A program made the translations under genes and the position numbers. Positions 1 through 11,560 of a DNA stretch of 64,000 nucleotides are shown here, piece after piece (within the stretch, counting starts at the first letter, position 1; the number at the start of each line of letters is the position of its first letter). Origin of the DNA: Epithemia pelagica (Eukaryota; Protista; Bacillariophyta); the NCBI GenBank assembly GCA_946965045.2, contig OX337229.1, forward strand, positions 1,550,001 to 1,614,000, written 5' to 3'. The notes beneath the pieces were generated by a model. The model was given only the letters and a program-made list of their open reading frames with translations. It was not told where the DNA came from and made no database searches.

Positions 1-295
1 CGCCCACCAGCAGCCGTTTTCATCTTTCGATGCTGACATGGCAAGAAAGAGAAGCAGCATCCTTGCGTTCGTCAAAACTTCGTCAGAGAAGATCAAGGAG
101 GGTTCGTTTCACACCACCTGCGCCACGCACAACGGAGAATTCTGTTCTCTACTGTGCCACATCGTATTTTACTTAACCCCTTCTTTTTCTTTATGTCTCA
201 GGATGTTCTTCTTTTTTCTTTGGTTCGGCCATCTGCTGTTTTTTTTCACGCTCCATGTCTCTCACACTCGAAACTGACGGCCTGCTGATTGCTGA

Positions 296-880
296 TTGCT
301 GATGTATGTAAAGCTGATGCATGGAATTGTGCTGACGGGAGAGCCCACAAAATCCATTTTGCAACACCCTCTGCAACAAGCCATCGTGTTCGAGAAGACC
401 ACTGTGGTGACAAAAAACCAGCTCATCGCAAGAATGTGTAACATGAAGGCATCACTGTCGTCGCAACACTACCTGTTGAAAGGTGCTGCCACTGAAGAGC
501 TGAAAAGAGTGTCGGAAATGCAGCGAGTTTCGGTGAAAAGAAAACTTTCCATTCCCATCATCGAACCGGAACCAGCGAAGTCACTCTTTGATTTTACCGA
601 CCTCTATGAATCTGTCTCTCCCGAAACAGAATCATTTCCAATCTTGACATGGGACTTCAACAGCGAAGATTGCGTCGCTAAAGCCTCTAAACCAAATCTT
701 GTGTCTCCTGAAAATGAATGTGCGAGAAGGAACAAGAGGCAACGAACATCCAACCTGTCAGGAATGGTTCGCTCCAAGTCTTTCAAGGTGGGCCTCTCTA
801 CTCTTGATGAATCGCCTCTCTTGTCTGGTCTTTCAAACTTGGAGGATTCTTCCTGTATGGGCCTGCGTCAATGTTGCTGA
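296..880 (+). CDS. Hypothetical protein (true start may be a downstream Met)
   Basis: 194-aa ORF with a Ser/Lys/Arg-rich C-terminus (KRQRT..GMVRSKS); no recognised domain. Confidence 0.45.
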   Translation: MLMYVKLMHGIVLTGEPTKSILQHPLQQAIVFEKTTVVTKNQLIARMCNMKASLSSQHYLLKGAATEELKRVSEMQRVSVKRKLSIPIIEPEPAKSLFDFTDLYESVSPETESFPILTWDFNSEDCVAKASKPNLVSPENECARRNKRQRTSNLSGMVRSKSFKVGLSTLDESPLLSGLSNLEDSSCMGLRQCC

Positions 881-1436
881 GTCGGTACCAGCAAACCTTT
901 TTCTGGGAAACACATGTCACCTTCCCTGTGTTGCTCATACATTTTCGGCAGATTTTGTTTTCACTCCTGCCACGGGTTGTCAGATTGGATAGCTATTCTG
1001 CGGCCAAACAATTTTGGATGTTTTGTTACTTTATACTCCTAAATCTTAAAGATGAATGGAATTATGAACCTGCCTCATCCTCGTAGATTCAACGAATGGT
1101 TCAGGGACTACCAACAGTTCAGGCCCCGTATTGTGAGGTTTTTGTTTGTGCTCTTGTTGGTTATGGTCAGATCATTGTTCTTACCAAAAAGACCTCATTC
1201 CACCTTTCGCGTCTTCCAGTGGATCGTGGATGGGAAAGAACAAAGGCAGAGAACTCGATGCGACTTACACGCGATCTGATTAATATGAGCGACCCGTGTG
1301 AGATTGGTGCCGACGGGCTCTGGAGCCGACAGGCTCGACCATGATGGAGGGACTCGAGCAGCCAGTCGAGCCAGTGTAAACTTGCGAGGAACAGAGACTC
1401 TTTCTACACGTGTATCAATGCGATTATGACCCAACG

Positions 1437-1437
<1 letters not shown>

Positions 1438-1481
<44 letters not shown>

Positions 1482-1488
1482 GCAACAA
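1438..1488. repeat. (CAA)n microsatellite
   Basis: 14 perfect CAA units at 1438-1479 followed by CAG CAA CAA, about 70 bp upstream of the SET gene ATG. Confidence 0.95.
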
Positions 1489-1559
1489 GTCAACAGTTGT
1501 TACTGGATTACATGCGACAGATCCATTCTTGATGCAACATCTCTATCAGTAAAGGAAAC

Positions 1560-3851
1560 ATGTTGCGTTTCTCGTTCTCTTTGTCGACTAGTACAATCTT
1601 TGCTCTAACGGTGCAAAGTGTGTGTCGAGCGGATGCAACTCTTGCTTCCACGGCTACAATCAACACATTGGGTGAAGTGGACAGAAATCAAGACATTTCT
1701 GTTGGCGACCAGACAAATTCGGTGGTAATTGAATCTGAGGAGGTATCGAAGAACAACAAGTCTGCGGCCTCAATAGAGAATCCTCCTCCGCTCGAATGTG
1801 GGATTTGGTTGGCGCCATCCGCGCTGACTGGGGCTGGTTTGGGAATGTACGCCGGAAAAAACTTTAAGAAGGGTGACATGCTGCAACATGTTGGCGATAT
1901 GTGCATCCCCATCGTTGACATTAGCGTAAACACCAGAGGGACAGATTTCGAGTTTTTGTGGGATCAGTATACCTGGAACTCGAACGCTCTGGGCATGGAT
2001 CAAGAAGGAACTCATGAAGTGAATGTAGCCTCGCCAGGCTTTGGATCGGCCGCCAACTCGTTTTTACCTATTGTGAATGTTGAGGAGGGTGAGCCTAGAC
2101 GCGATTTTGCTGGACTGCATCGATCCAAGGATCCAGGTGCCGGAGCGTTCACTCCCTACTACGACCGGGGAAGTTCTGCCGAGCGAGATATCGAAGCCGG
2201 CGAAGAGTTTTACGTCAGCTATGGATCACAGTGGTTCACAGGTATGGTTGATTGAGGCCTGTGGAAAACAACAATATGAGCGTCTTCCTTCACTTATGAT
2301 TTTGTCATTTACCACTTTTTCCATTTTCAACAGGGAGAGAGTACCTTGGACCCATTCCTTTGACCAAAGACCTTGACAGAGCGACAGTCCTTTTCCGAGG
2401 GTTTCTAAATATTAAGAGGAGGTTGTCGCATAGTGTCCCTTTGCCTATCTTTGAGGACTTATGGGACAGCTTTGTCCGAAACAGTCCTTACAACCAAACA
2501 TCTCGAGTCTTTGGAAGCTTTCATCACGACGATAAGGACGAGTTGGAGGTTCTCGAAAAATTGAACTCGGTCAAGCAACTTCGCATCCAAGACGCGATGC
2601 GCTCTCAAGAATGGCTGGAAATTCATGGTACTTGTGGTGATCACATTCAAGCTGGACCATCTACATTTGAACAAGCGGGCCATGGTGGATTTGCCAGTCG
2701 AGATTTGCCAAAAAACACTATAGTAGCTCAAATGCCGCTGATTCATGTGACCAACCGCTCTGTGTTCAACATGTACCATTTCACTGGACCGGACAACAAT
2801 CGACCCGATCTTGAGGCGCCAAGACCACCGCAACTGTTGCTGAATTATTGCTTTGGTCACAACGAGAGCTCCCTGCTGCTTTGTCCCTATGGTCCAATGG
2901 TGAACTACATGTGAGTGGCGTCATTGGTGAATGCTGACATTGATTTTGGCATGTGTGTTGGTTGGAAACTCACTCACTTGTTCTTCTTGAACGGTAATGT
3001 CATTTTTCTATTTCAGAAACCACAACCAAACACTCGCAAACGTGAAAATCCAATGGGCCGACCCTGCGCGAGGAAACTTTATGCCTCACTTGCTGAATGG
3101 GTCCCTGAAGGAGCTCGATTCGGATTCCACTGCCAAGCTAGCCTTTGAATTGGTAACCACTCGTCATATCAAAGAAGGAGAAGAAATCTTTTTGGACTAT
3201 GGGAATGAATGGGAAGATGCATGGCAACGACACCTCGAGACGTGGAGTCCCGTGGATGGAGCCGGGGACTACCGATCAGCCGACGATTGGAACCAGGCCA
3301 TTTTGGACGGCGAAGTGGAATTTTTTACCGAATTTGAACGGCTGCGGGAGGATTTACCCGACTTTCCGCCCAATGTGGAATTGACTTGTAGCGACTTTTT
3401 CTCCGATGATGAATGGATCCAAGGATATGAAAGCGGTACCATGAGAGATGAACTGGAGGAATACGTGCAGGATGGAGGCGAGTTTTGGTACTGCAATGTA
3501 TTGCATACGGAGGAGTCGGAGACCACGGGGGAAACCTTGTATACAGTGGAGGCGCACAACGACGACGACACCAGATCGAAAATTTGGGAAGAAGCTCCCA
3601 TTGACATGTTTCACTTTTTGGACGTACCGTACACTCAGGATACCTTCTTGGAAAATGCCTTTCGGCACGATTTGCGAATCCCAAACGATATGTTCCCTGA
3701 TGCATGGCGCAATCTGTCGCCAGACTATGATCCTGGAGAAGTAGTGGAGGACAATGCAGAAGAGGAGGAAGATGACGAAGAGGAGGAAGATGACGAAGAA
3801 GAGGAGGAGGAGGACGACGACGACGACGAAGAGGATGACGAATGGGAATGA
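1560..3851 (+). CDS. Signal-peptide tandem SET-domain protein, paralog 1 (3 exons, ~697 aa)
   Basis: Exons 1560-2241, 2334-2910 and 3017-3851 join in frame with GT..AG introns. Hydrophobic N-terminus; two SET-like units (APSALTGAGLGMYA...AGEEFYVSYG and GPSTFEQAGHGGFA...YINH...EGEEIFLDYG); poly-D/E tail. Confidence 0.88.
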
Positions 3852-4448
3852 CCATGGACTGAAGACCGTGCCTTTTCAATTGTGCTACTATTGAATCTCA
3901 AAACGCAAGTTCCCATCACCACATCCATGAGACTGTTGTTGTTGGAGTAAAAGAAGACGAAGTCTTTGGTCGAGAGGATACTGCGGGTTTGTTTGTTCAT
4001 AATTGTATTCGAGAAAGCTAGTGTTTCCCGTTTTGACGCAGTCATTGAACGATGTTCTCAGGCACCATAATCTAATCCTACCGGAGTTCTGTTCCTACTC
4101 CTCTACTCCTAATAGGAGATATTGCTCCTCCTCCACATGCACAATCCACACACACGGAGTAGGTAGACTAGCTTCTTGTACGGGAATAGAGCACTGCCAG
4201 GTCCCGCACACTTTTTGAAGTAGAGAATTCTTCGGGCTTCTTTCATTGGTGAATGAATCGCAAGACCGCATGTGCGCACGAATAAAATCGCGCGACCAAT
4301 CTACAGCAAAATGCGCGCCACAAAATCGGCGGACGAGATTCTTTTCACACTTCTTGTTTCTTGTTACACTTGTTGGATTTGGAGGTCTATGGTACTCCCA
4401 GCTGTTTCTTGTCTGTTGTATCTACTCCATTGAAAGCCATACTGCACA

Positions 4449-6431
4449 ATGAGGTCCTGGTATCGATTGGCCAGTATGATTCGAGCAAGAAAGCTCTTGG
4501 ATCGAGGCAATGGCCAAACTGAAATGGGTGACGGCACCAGCGAGCCCCTCTTATCGTCGTCGCTGGCTCCGTCCTTGTCGCCCATCCAGGCAAATGATAC
4601 AACTGCAATGAGCATGGCTCAGTTTGAACATGAAGAAGAAGAGCATGTGTACGATGCCGTCACATCTCTGTTGTTGAATGTAACCATTATTGGATGTTTG
4701 GTCTTTGCCTATTATGTCAAGAAATTTCGAATATATTATTTGCCCGAATCGGCTGGATCCTTGATTGTCGGAATGATGCTGGGAGGCATTGCTCGAATCT
4801 CCACCGACAATCTCGTCTTGTTTGAATTCGTAAGTTGGACTCGAGCGAATATCTCTTGGTTGTTTTGCGCCGCAAAAGACTCTCTCATTGTTCTGTCTGT
4901 TTGATTTCTTTGGTGGAACGTCCACGACTGGCAGTCGCCCGAAGTGTTCTTTTTTGTGTTGCTCCCGCCCATCATTTTTGAAGCTGGATATTCTCTCAAC
5001 TGGAACCAATTCTTTGAGAATATTGGAGCCATTACGCTGTACGCCATGGTCGGAACCATGATTAGTACCTTTGTCGTGGGTGGTTTGTCCTTTTATGCGG
5101 CCCAGGTCGGATTGATTCGCGATGTTGACAATGAAAATCCCATGGAAGCCCTCTTGTTTGGCGCTTTGATTTCGGCCGTGGATCCCGTGGCGACACTGTC
5201 GATCATGGGGAATGCCGAATTACGGTGCGATCCACTCCTCTATTCCCTCGTCTTTGGAGAATCCGTCTTGAACGATGCCATTGCTATTTCCTTATTCAAA
5301 GTCTTTGCCAAATACTACGACCCTACTGGACCGGACTGGAGTGAATCCGAAATTCCCAGTGCTCTCCTATCCTTTGTTACAGTCTCTTGTTTTTCAGTCT
5401 TGTTGGGTGTGGCGCTCGGACTGGTGGCCAGCTTCTTGTTCAAACATACCGACTTGTCCGAATACCCGAAACTGGAAACCAGTTTGTTGTTTTCGTTTTG
5501 CTACCTTTGCTATGCTACCGGAGAATCCATGGGACTGTCCGGGATCATGGCCTTGTTTTTTCATGGCATTACCTTGTCACATTACAATTCCTACAATCTG
5601 TCTTCGACGGCTCATGTGGCATCCGAACACATTTTTTCCACCCTGAGCACCATTGCCGAAACGGCCGTCTTTCTCTACATGGGTATGGGTGTCTTTACAG
5701 GCCGCTTTGAAGACTATGATATTACCTTTTCGATATTGGCCTTGGCCTTTTGTTGTTTGGGACGTTTGCTCAATATCTTCCCCCTCAGCCTGCTTGCCAA
5801 TTGTTGCCGGACCGGCCGGAATCGCATTTCCATGCAAATGCAGGTCGTCTTGTGGTTTGCCGGATTACGAGGGGCCATTGCCTTTGCCCTAGCCATGAAC
5901 ATGCCTGGACCCAACAAAGATGTCTATGCCACGGCGACCCTGTCCATTTGCATTTTTACCACTGTCGTTTGCGGTGGTCTCACGGATCGCATGTTGACGA
6001 TATTTGGCATGAAAGATTCCATGCCACTTGGTACTGGAGATGATGATTCAGATGACGGCATGACCATGAACCGACTCGTCTATCATCCTTCCAACAATGA
6101 TATGAATGGGCGAAATGGGACCGATGGACGTCGCTTTGCCTTGGCGCGAAGAGCGGGTAAGCGCGCCTTTCATGGAATGAAGAAGTTGTGGTCCCAGTTT
6201 GACGACGATGTCCTCAAAGTGTACTTTGGTGGTGATATCGGAGGAGCAGGGAGTGGCGCGCGAAATGTGCACAGCAATGGTGAAGACCACTTGGGAAACT
6301 ACGAACTGGCAGCAAGAGAGATTGCCGACGGTCATCTAGAAGACGACGACCATGATATCAGCACCATGTCTAAAAATGGACATGCGAATAGCAGTGAAGA
6401 GGAAGGCGAAGACGGACACTTTTTGAATTGA
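4449..6431 (+). CDS. Na+/H+ exchanger (CPA1, NHE8/NHX-like), 2 exons
   Basis: Exons 4449-4829 and 4935-6431 (donor GTAAGT, acceptor GCAG) give FEF|SPEVFFFVLLPPIIFEAGYSL. Motifs ISAVDPVATL, VFGESVLNDA, GLRGAIAFALA. Start codon uncertain. Confidence 0.93.
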
Positions 6432-6821
6432 AGGACTAGAATATGTTCGTGTTTGACTTCCGACAATCTGCGAGTATGATTTCATACACGTATTGACTCG
6501 CAACAAGCATGCTCTGAAACAGACTAGGTCTGTCGATGGAAACACATCAGCAATATAATCATCAAGCGTTCGTGTGGAGTTCCCATGGGCATACTTTGAA
6601 ACTTTATGCCACTGTTTGTTTGGACCTGCTGGATTCTAACACATCATGTATTCCTGGAACGCAGAAAGCTCCAAACGGAAACACTGTTACGAGACTATAG
6701 AAATTGGATTGGTAGTGGGAAGTCGTTCTCCGTATCATACTTCATCGGCATTGGGAACATGTTCGCATCTACGCACCAACATTGCGAGGAAGAGGTAACC
6801 GGAGAACACCTGTTTACCCCC

Positions 6822-7137
6822 TAACTTATCACCGGAACATTGATGCGGGTGAAGGTGCGAGTGCGGGGGGTAAGCCCCCGCACTCGCATCAACATTCCTA
6901 CTAGAAACTTAACAGTTATCCGTAGTTTTGTCATGCGAGTGTGCTTCAACGGATAGAATGACAGACGATTACCGATACTCTTCAGCTTTGGCGCGGCAAA
7001 TCGTTGCCCTCGCAGCCCTTGCATGCCCGCAGTGACTTGCACGCAATTTTTGCGAGCGCCCGCGCTAAATTTTTAGATTTGGAGTCCCCCCTCGCACTCG
7101 CACCTGCCCCCGCACCAAAAAGTAGCCTGATAAGTTA
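6822..7137. mobile_element. Putative MITE (non-autonomous TIR element, ~316 bp)
   Basis: Ends TAACTTATCA (6822) and TGATAAGTTA (7137) are exact reverse complements. Subterminal GGTGCGAGTGCG(G/A)GGGG is also inverted; internal 14-bp hairpin at 6856-6888; the terminal TA could be a Tc1/mariner-type TSD. Confidence 0.65.
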
Positions 7138-7432
7138 CCGTGTTAGACTCGCACGTGGAAGGTCCAAACCCGCGGGATCAAGACGGCGGAGCAAGACAAG
7201 AGCATCAACATTTCCGTTTTTCTCTGTCATGCCTCTCTATGTTGCAAGAGAAAAAGAGACTCTTCAGCCAGGTGTAGCTGATGTGAAACAGGTAGCCAGT
7301 TAATAGAATGTAACGTGATACAAACCAATCAGGTGTAGGTATAAACGTATTTCGAAGAACAACTTTTGAGAAACAAACTTAGTCGATCCATATGGATGCT
7401 GTTAGAATGTGAGTCACAGACAAGCTCCTCTT

Positions 7433-9486
7433 TCACGGACTAGCTCTTCGTGGAACATTTCGCCACTTTTTAGGGAACATTTCATCCCGTATTTGAATTT
7501 CATGACGAAAGGCGTTTTCCAAAAACACGTCGGAGGTGTAGGGCCTGTCTCGAAGTCGAAATGCCATGGCCGGAAAGTCGGTCATCCGCTCAGGTTCGTC
7601 CTCTTCTTCGTCTACAAGAACTACTTCGTATAGTTCCATACCATCCTCGTTTTCATACCTACTTAGAATTTCACATTCCCACCAATGATCTTGTCCAAAA
7701 TCCTTCAAATCTTCTGCATATTCTTCTTCTATTGTCTCGTAACTCTTGGATTTCCATTCCGTGCTATCCCAGAAATAGGCGTGACACTCGAGTATGAGAT
7801 TGGAGGGATATGGATTTTCCATTAATTCATGTACGGTCCGCCAGCTCTCATCATCAACCATTTCGTTGTATTCATCTTGGCCGACATAGTCGTCGGCTCC
7901 ATCCACCGGCTCCCATTCCTCCAAATGGTTTTGCCATGCCTCTTCCCAGAGATCCCCGTAATCCAGAAATATTTCTTCATCCTTTGCAATTGGTCTGGTG
8001 GCTACCATTTCAAAAGCCAGTTTGGCCGTGTTGTCCCTCTCCAAAATTTTTAGAGTATTGTTGAGTAGATGCGGCATAAAGTTACCCCTCGCCGGATCCG
8101 CCCAGGTGATTTTGACATTGGCCTGCGTTTGATTGTGGTTCTGAAGCATCCCAAAAATCGTACAAAAAACGCAATAAGTTTCATTACACAAATGGTGTGC
8201 ACAAACAAATAGAGAGGACTCTTGGAACGTACCACATAGTTTACCATTGGACCATACGGACACAAGAGTAGGGTGCTTTCGGGGTGACCATAACAATAAT
8301 TCAACAAGAGCTGCGGAGGGCGGGGAGTTGTGCGCTTCGAGTAAGGGTCTGACTCAAAATGAAACATATTGAGACGAAACCGCTCGGTAATGTGAATCAA
8401 TGGAAGTTGTGCCACAATGGTGCCCTCCGGCAAATCGCGGCTCGCAAAGGCACCTCGTCCTGCCTGAGGAAGTGTGGAGGTCGACCCATACATGTGATCC
8501 CCACAGGTTCCGTACTGAAGGAGCCATTCCAAACTTTTGGTGGCATCTTGCACTCGAAGATTTTTCATCGAACCGGCTTTTTCGAGTTTGTCTAATTCGT
8601 CCTCATCATCATGATGAAAACTGCCAAAGACACGTGATTCAGGATAATTATTACCTCGTACAAAGGTGTCCCACGCATCGTCAAACACGGCAGGGTCAAT
8701 GTCACTATTTGACGCCTTTAATCGCCGAAAGGCACCAAAGAGCGCTGATGCCCTATCTAGGTCATAGCGGAGTGGGACTGGACCCAAAAAGTCGCGTTGA
8801 ATAAACCAATGCTCCCCGTAGTCGACATAGAATTCTTCCCCGGCATGAATAAATCGTTTTGCATAATTTTGCCGATCATAAAAGAAGGTAAAGGCCCCAG
8901 CCCCTGGATCTCGAGAGCGATGTAGGCCTCCATTGTCACGTTTCGGCGTCCCTTCTTCCACATTGATGAGTGGGATAAACGAGTTGGCCGTCGACCCAAA
9001 CCCGGGTGAAGCACCCTCCCCATCGTCGTAGGCTTCCATATCCGTCCCGACGACCCATCCGTTCCAGATGTAATCATCCCACAAAAACTTGAAACGCTGA
9101 CGTCCATTGTGCAGAAACTTGTCAACAATTGGAATGACTGGATCGCCCATAATCTGTAACTCATCGTCGGGCTCATAGTCCCTACCGGCGTACATGCCGA
9201 GTCCAGCGCCTTCAATGGCAGACGGCGCCAGCCAGATGCCACATTCTTCCATGTGTGGTGGAATCGTAGCTTTTGATAAGTTCTTGTCCTCTCCAATCAT
9301 TGATTCCGAGCCAGTGCCTTCGTCCAGATGTATGCCCATGTCATTGCTGCCGGTTGCCGTGATTTCGACTTCCGAGAGATCCGGTTCAGTAGCACTTGTT
9401 CCCTGCACATGAAGGCCGACCAAGTGAACCAGGATGCCTAGATACAACGCCTTTCGAAGTGAGTTGCCATGTTGTTGCACCATCAT
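7433..9486 (-). CDS. Signal-peptide tandem SET-domain protein, paralog 2 (2 exons, ~653 aa)
   Basis: Exons 9486-8233 and 8140-7433 (GTACGT..CAG) give GPMVNYV|NHNQTQANV. Collinear with paralog 1 (ECGIWLAPS, GLHRSRDPGAGAFT, PPQLLLNYCYGH, EEIFLDYG, FLENAFRH). Confidence 0.88.
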
Positions 9487-9738
9487 GGCTACCTACGAGA
9501 GGTTGTTAACTCTTGGTGTTCTGGATCGTCTCGTCCTAAAAAATGTCGACTTGGGGATTGGGGACGCAGAAAATCCACCGCCTAACGCATTCCCAGACGT
9601 GTTTAGATGTCTGGATGTACTCTAATATCTATAGTACAATAGGTTGTGCACGGCTGCATCTGCGCACCGGGCGAGCAACCAATATTGAATGGATACCAAG
9701 TCGCGGCATAAATTCTGCGTTCCCTTTCACTTCACACT

Positions 9739-11472
9739 TCACACGCCCACTTTCGCTCGTGACGAGCATGATGGAGGAAGCATCTCGTCTGGAATTCCAA
9801 TCGAATGCCGAAATGAATTGTCCAGGAAAAGTTCTGATGTATATGGTCTTTCGCGGAAACGAAAGGCGTAGATTGGAAGATTCTCCATGACGGGATATCG
9901 CCCTTGTGTATCGACCGCGGTAAAGCAGCCGTCGCTATTGTTCCAAGCACCACCGTGCACGGAATCACCAGGATACGTGGTAGTCGTATTCAAAATGAGA
10001 CAATCAAACCAGCAAAAGGGGCAGTTCCAGTCGTTCTTCAATATCGTTTGGATTTCGTCGCGTTTGCGCCACTCCCAACGGTTCCATGCATCTTGCTTCT
10101 CTCGGAAAAACAGGTTGCATTGCAGTTGCAAATTCGACGGATAGAAATCCTGACTCAACTCAAAGCCGATATCTTCCGTGGAATGGGTTTCATGAAGAAA
10201 ATCGTGTGCGATTCCACGCCACTCATATCCTTGACCAGCAATACTCATGGACTCCAAATGTGACAGCCAAGCCATCTCCCAATTCGTCCCGTAATCCAGG
10301 AAAAGCTCTTCATCCTTTTCAATTTTCCTCGTGGTTATGTATTGAAAAGTTAGTGTGCTATCAAGCTCGGTTATGGGAGACTCCTGACACGGAATAGCGA
10401 GCTCTGTCTGAGAAAATGACGGAGGCCATGCAATCCTTACGTTTGCGCGAGTTCGGTCATGATTCAAGTAACTCACTCCCGGACCGTAGGGACACAAAAG
10501 AACAGAACTGCGTGGGTGACCATAGCAGTAGTTGAGCAATATTTGGGACGAAAGGTGACCTTGGTATGGCGCGTTTCGCCCTTGTTTCTCATAGTCCAAT
10601 CGATACATGTCCAGGAGAGAGGAGTTGGTCAATCGTAGCAGTGGCGATTCCGCAATGACTGCACCATTCGGTACACTACGTGTTGCAAAAGCTCCTCGTC
10701 CGGCATTTTGCAATGTGGAAGCGGCACCATACATGTAATCGGCGCAAGATCCAAATCTTTCGAACCACTCATGACTCCTTGTTGCCAACAAGTTCTGAGC
10801 GGAAAGCATTGGGGCGGACGTATTGAATTTGGCTCGTCGTTTGAACCAGCTTTCACCATAATCAAGGAACAGTTCTTCCCCTTCCAAAATGTTTCGTCTT
10901 GCCCGAGTTTGACGGCCAAAGTATGGAGTATACCCACCCACACCAGGTTCTGTCGAGCGGTGAAGAGTCTTGTGAAAATCGCGTTGTGGTTTTCCAACAT
11001 GAATGTTGTGGAAGCCCGACATCATTGCATTGGAAGTTGATGCAACACCAGGAGAAAATCCACTGACTTTCTCGTAGCCTTCATGAGAAATTCCCAAGCC
11101 TACTCCACTCCATGTGTACCGATCAAACACAGTGCTATAGTTCGTAAACCGGTTATGAAGATGCAGGTCAATGATTGGTATAACCACATCACCAGATTGA
11201 TCAATGACTTCTCCTTTCCTATAACCTCTTACTGCATACACACCAAGACCAGCACCTTCTATAGAGGAAGGAGCTAGCCAAAGGGAGCACTCGATCAGCT
11301 GAGATGCACCTTCCTCCCTCAAAAGATCTCTGTTTTGCTCGGTCGTTTCTGCGTCGCACTGCAGCTCATCGTCATGCTCAGTATTCTCACTGCCTACCGC
11401 GTTATCAGGAGAGGAAAGGAAGAGACATAAGATCGACAGGATGTGAAACCTGAACGAGGAAGCATGAAACAT
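9739..11472 (-). CDS. Signal-peptide tandem SET-domain protein, paralog 3 (intronless, 577 aa)
   Basis: Same motif series (ECSLWLAPSSIEGAGLGVYA, GEELFLDYG, ILLNYCYGH, YLNH, EELFLDYG, FLDNSFRH); signal-peptide-like N-terminus. Confidence 0.85.
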   Translation of the reverse strand: MFHASSFRFHILSILCLFLSSPDNAVGSENTEHDDELQCDAETTEQNRDLLREEGASQLIECSLWLAPSSIEGAGLGVYAVRGYRKGEVIDQSGDVVIPIIDLHLHNRFTNYSTVFDRYTWSGVGLGISHEGYEKVSGFSPGVASTSNAMMSGFHNIHVGKPQRDFHKTLHRSTEPGVGGYTPYFGRQTRARRNILEGEELFLDYGESWFKRRAKFNTSAPMLSAQNLLATRSHEWFERFGSCADYMYGAASTLQNAGRGAFATRSVPNGAVIAESPLLRLTNSSLLDMYRLDYEKQGRNAPYQGHLSSQILLNYCYGHPRSSVLLCPYGPGVSYLNHDRTRANVRIAWPPSFSQTELAIPCQESPITELDSTLTFQYITTRKIEKDEELFLDYGTNWEMAWLSHLESMSIAGQGYEWRGIAHDFLHETHSTEDIGFELSQDFYPSNLQLQCNLFFREKQDAWNRWEWRKRDEIQTILKNDWNCPFCWFDCLILNTTTTYPGDSVHGGAWNNSDGCFTAVDTQGRYPVMENLPIYAFRFRERPYTSELFLDNSFRHSIGIPDEMLPPSCSSRAKVGV

Positions 11473-11560
11473 AGCGTGGTGTCAAAACTCTGATGATCTC
11501 CGCGTCCCGGATGGATCCATCTTTTAGTCGCTTATCGGTCGATGAAAGTGGTCAATGGAG

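Noticed and set aside
1-60. Possible minus-strand gene start running off the left edge (MLLLFLAMSASKDENGCWWA)
   Set aside because: Only 20 codons are visible, too little to support a call.
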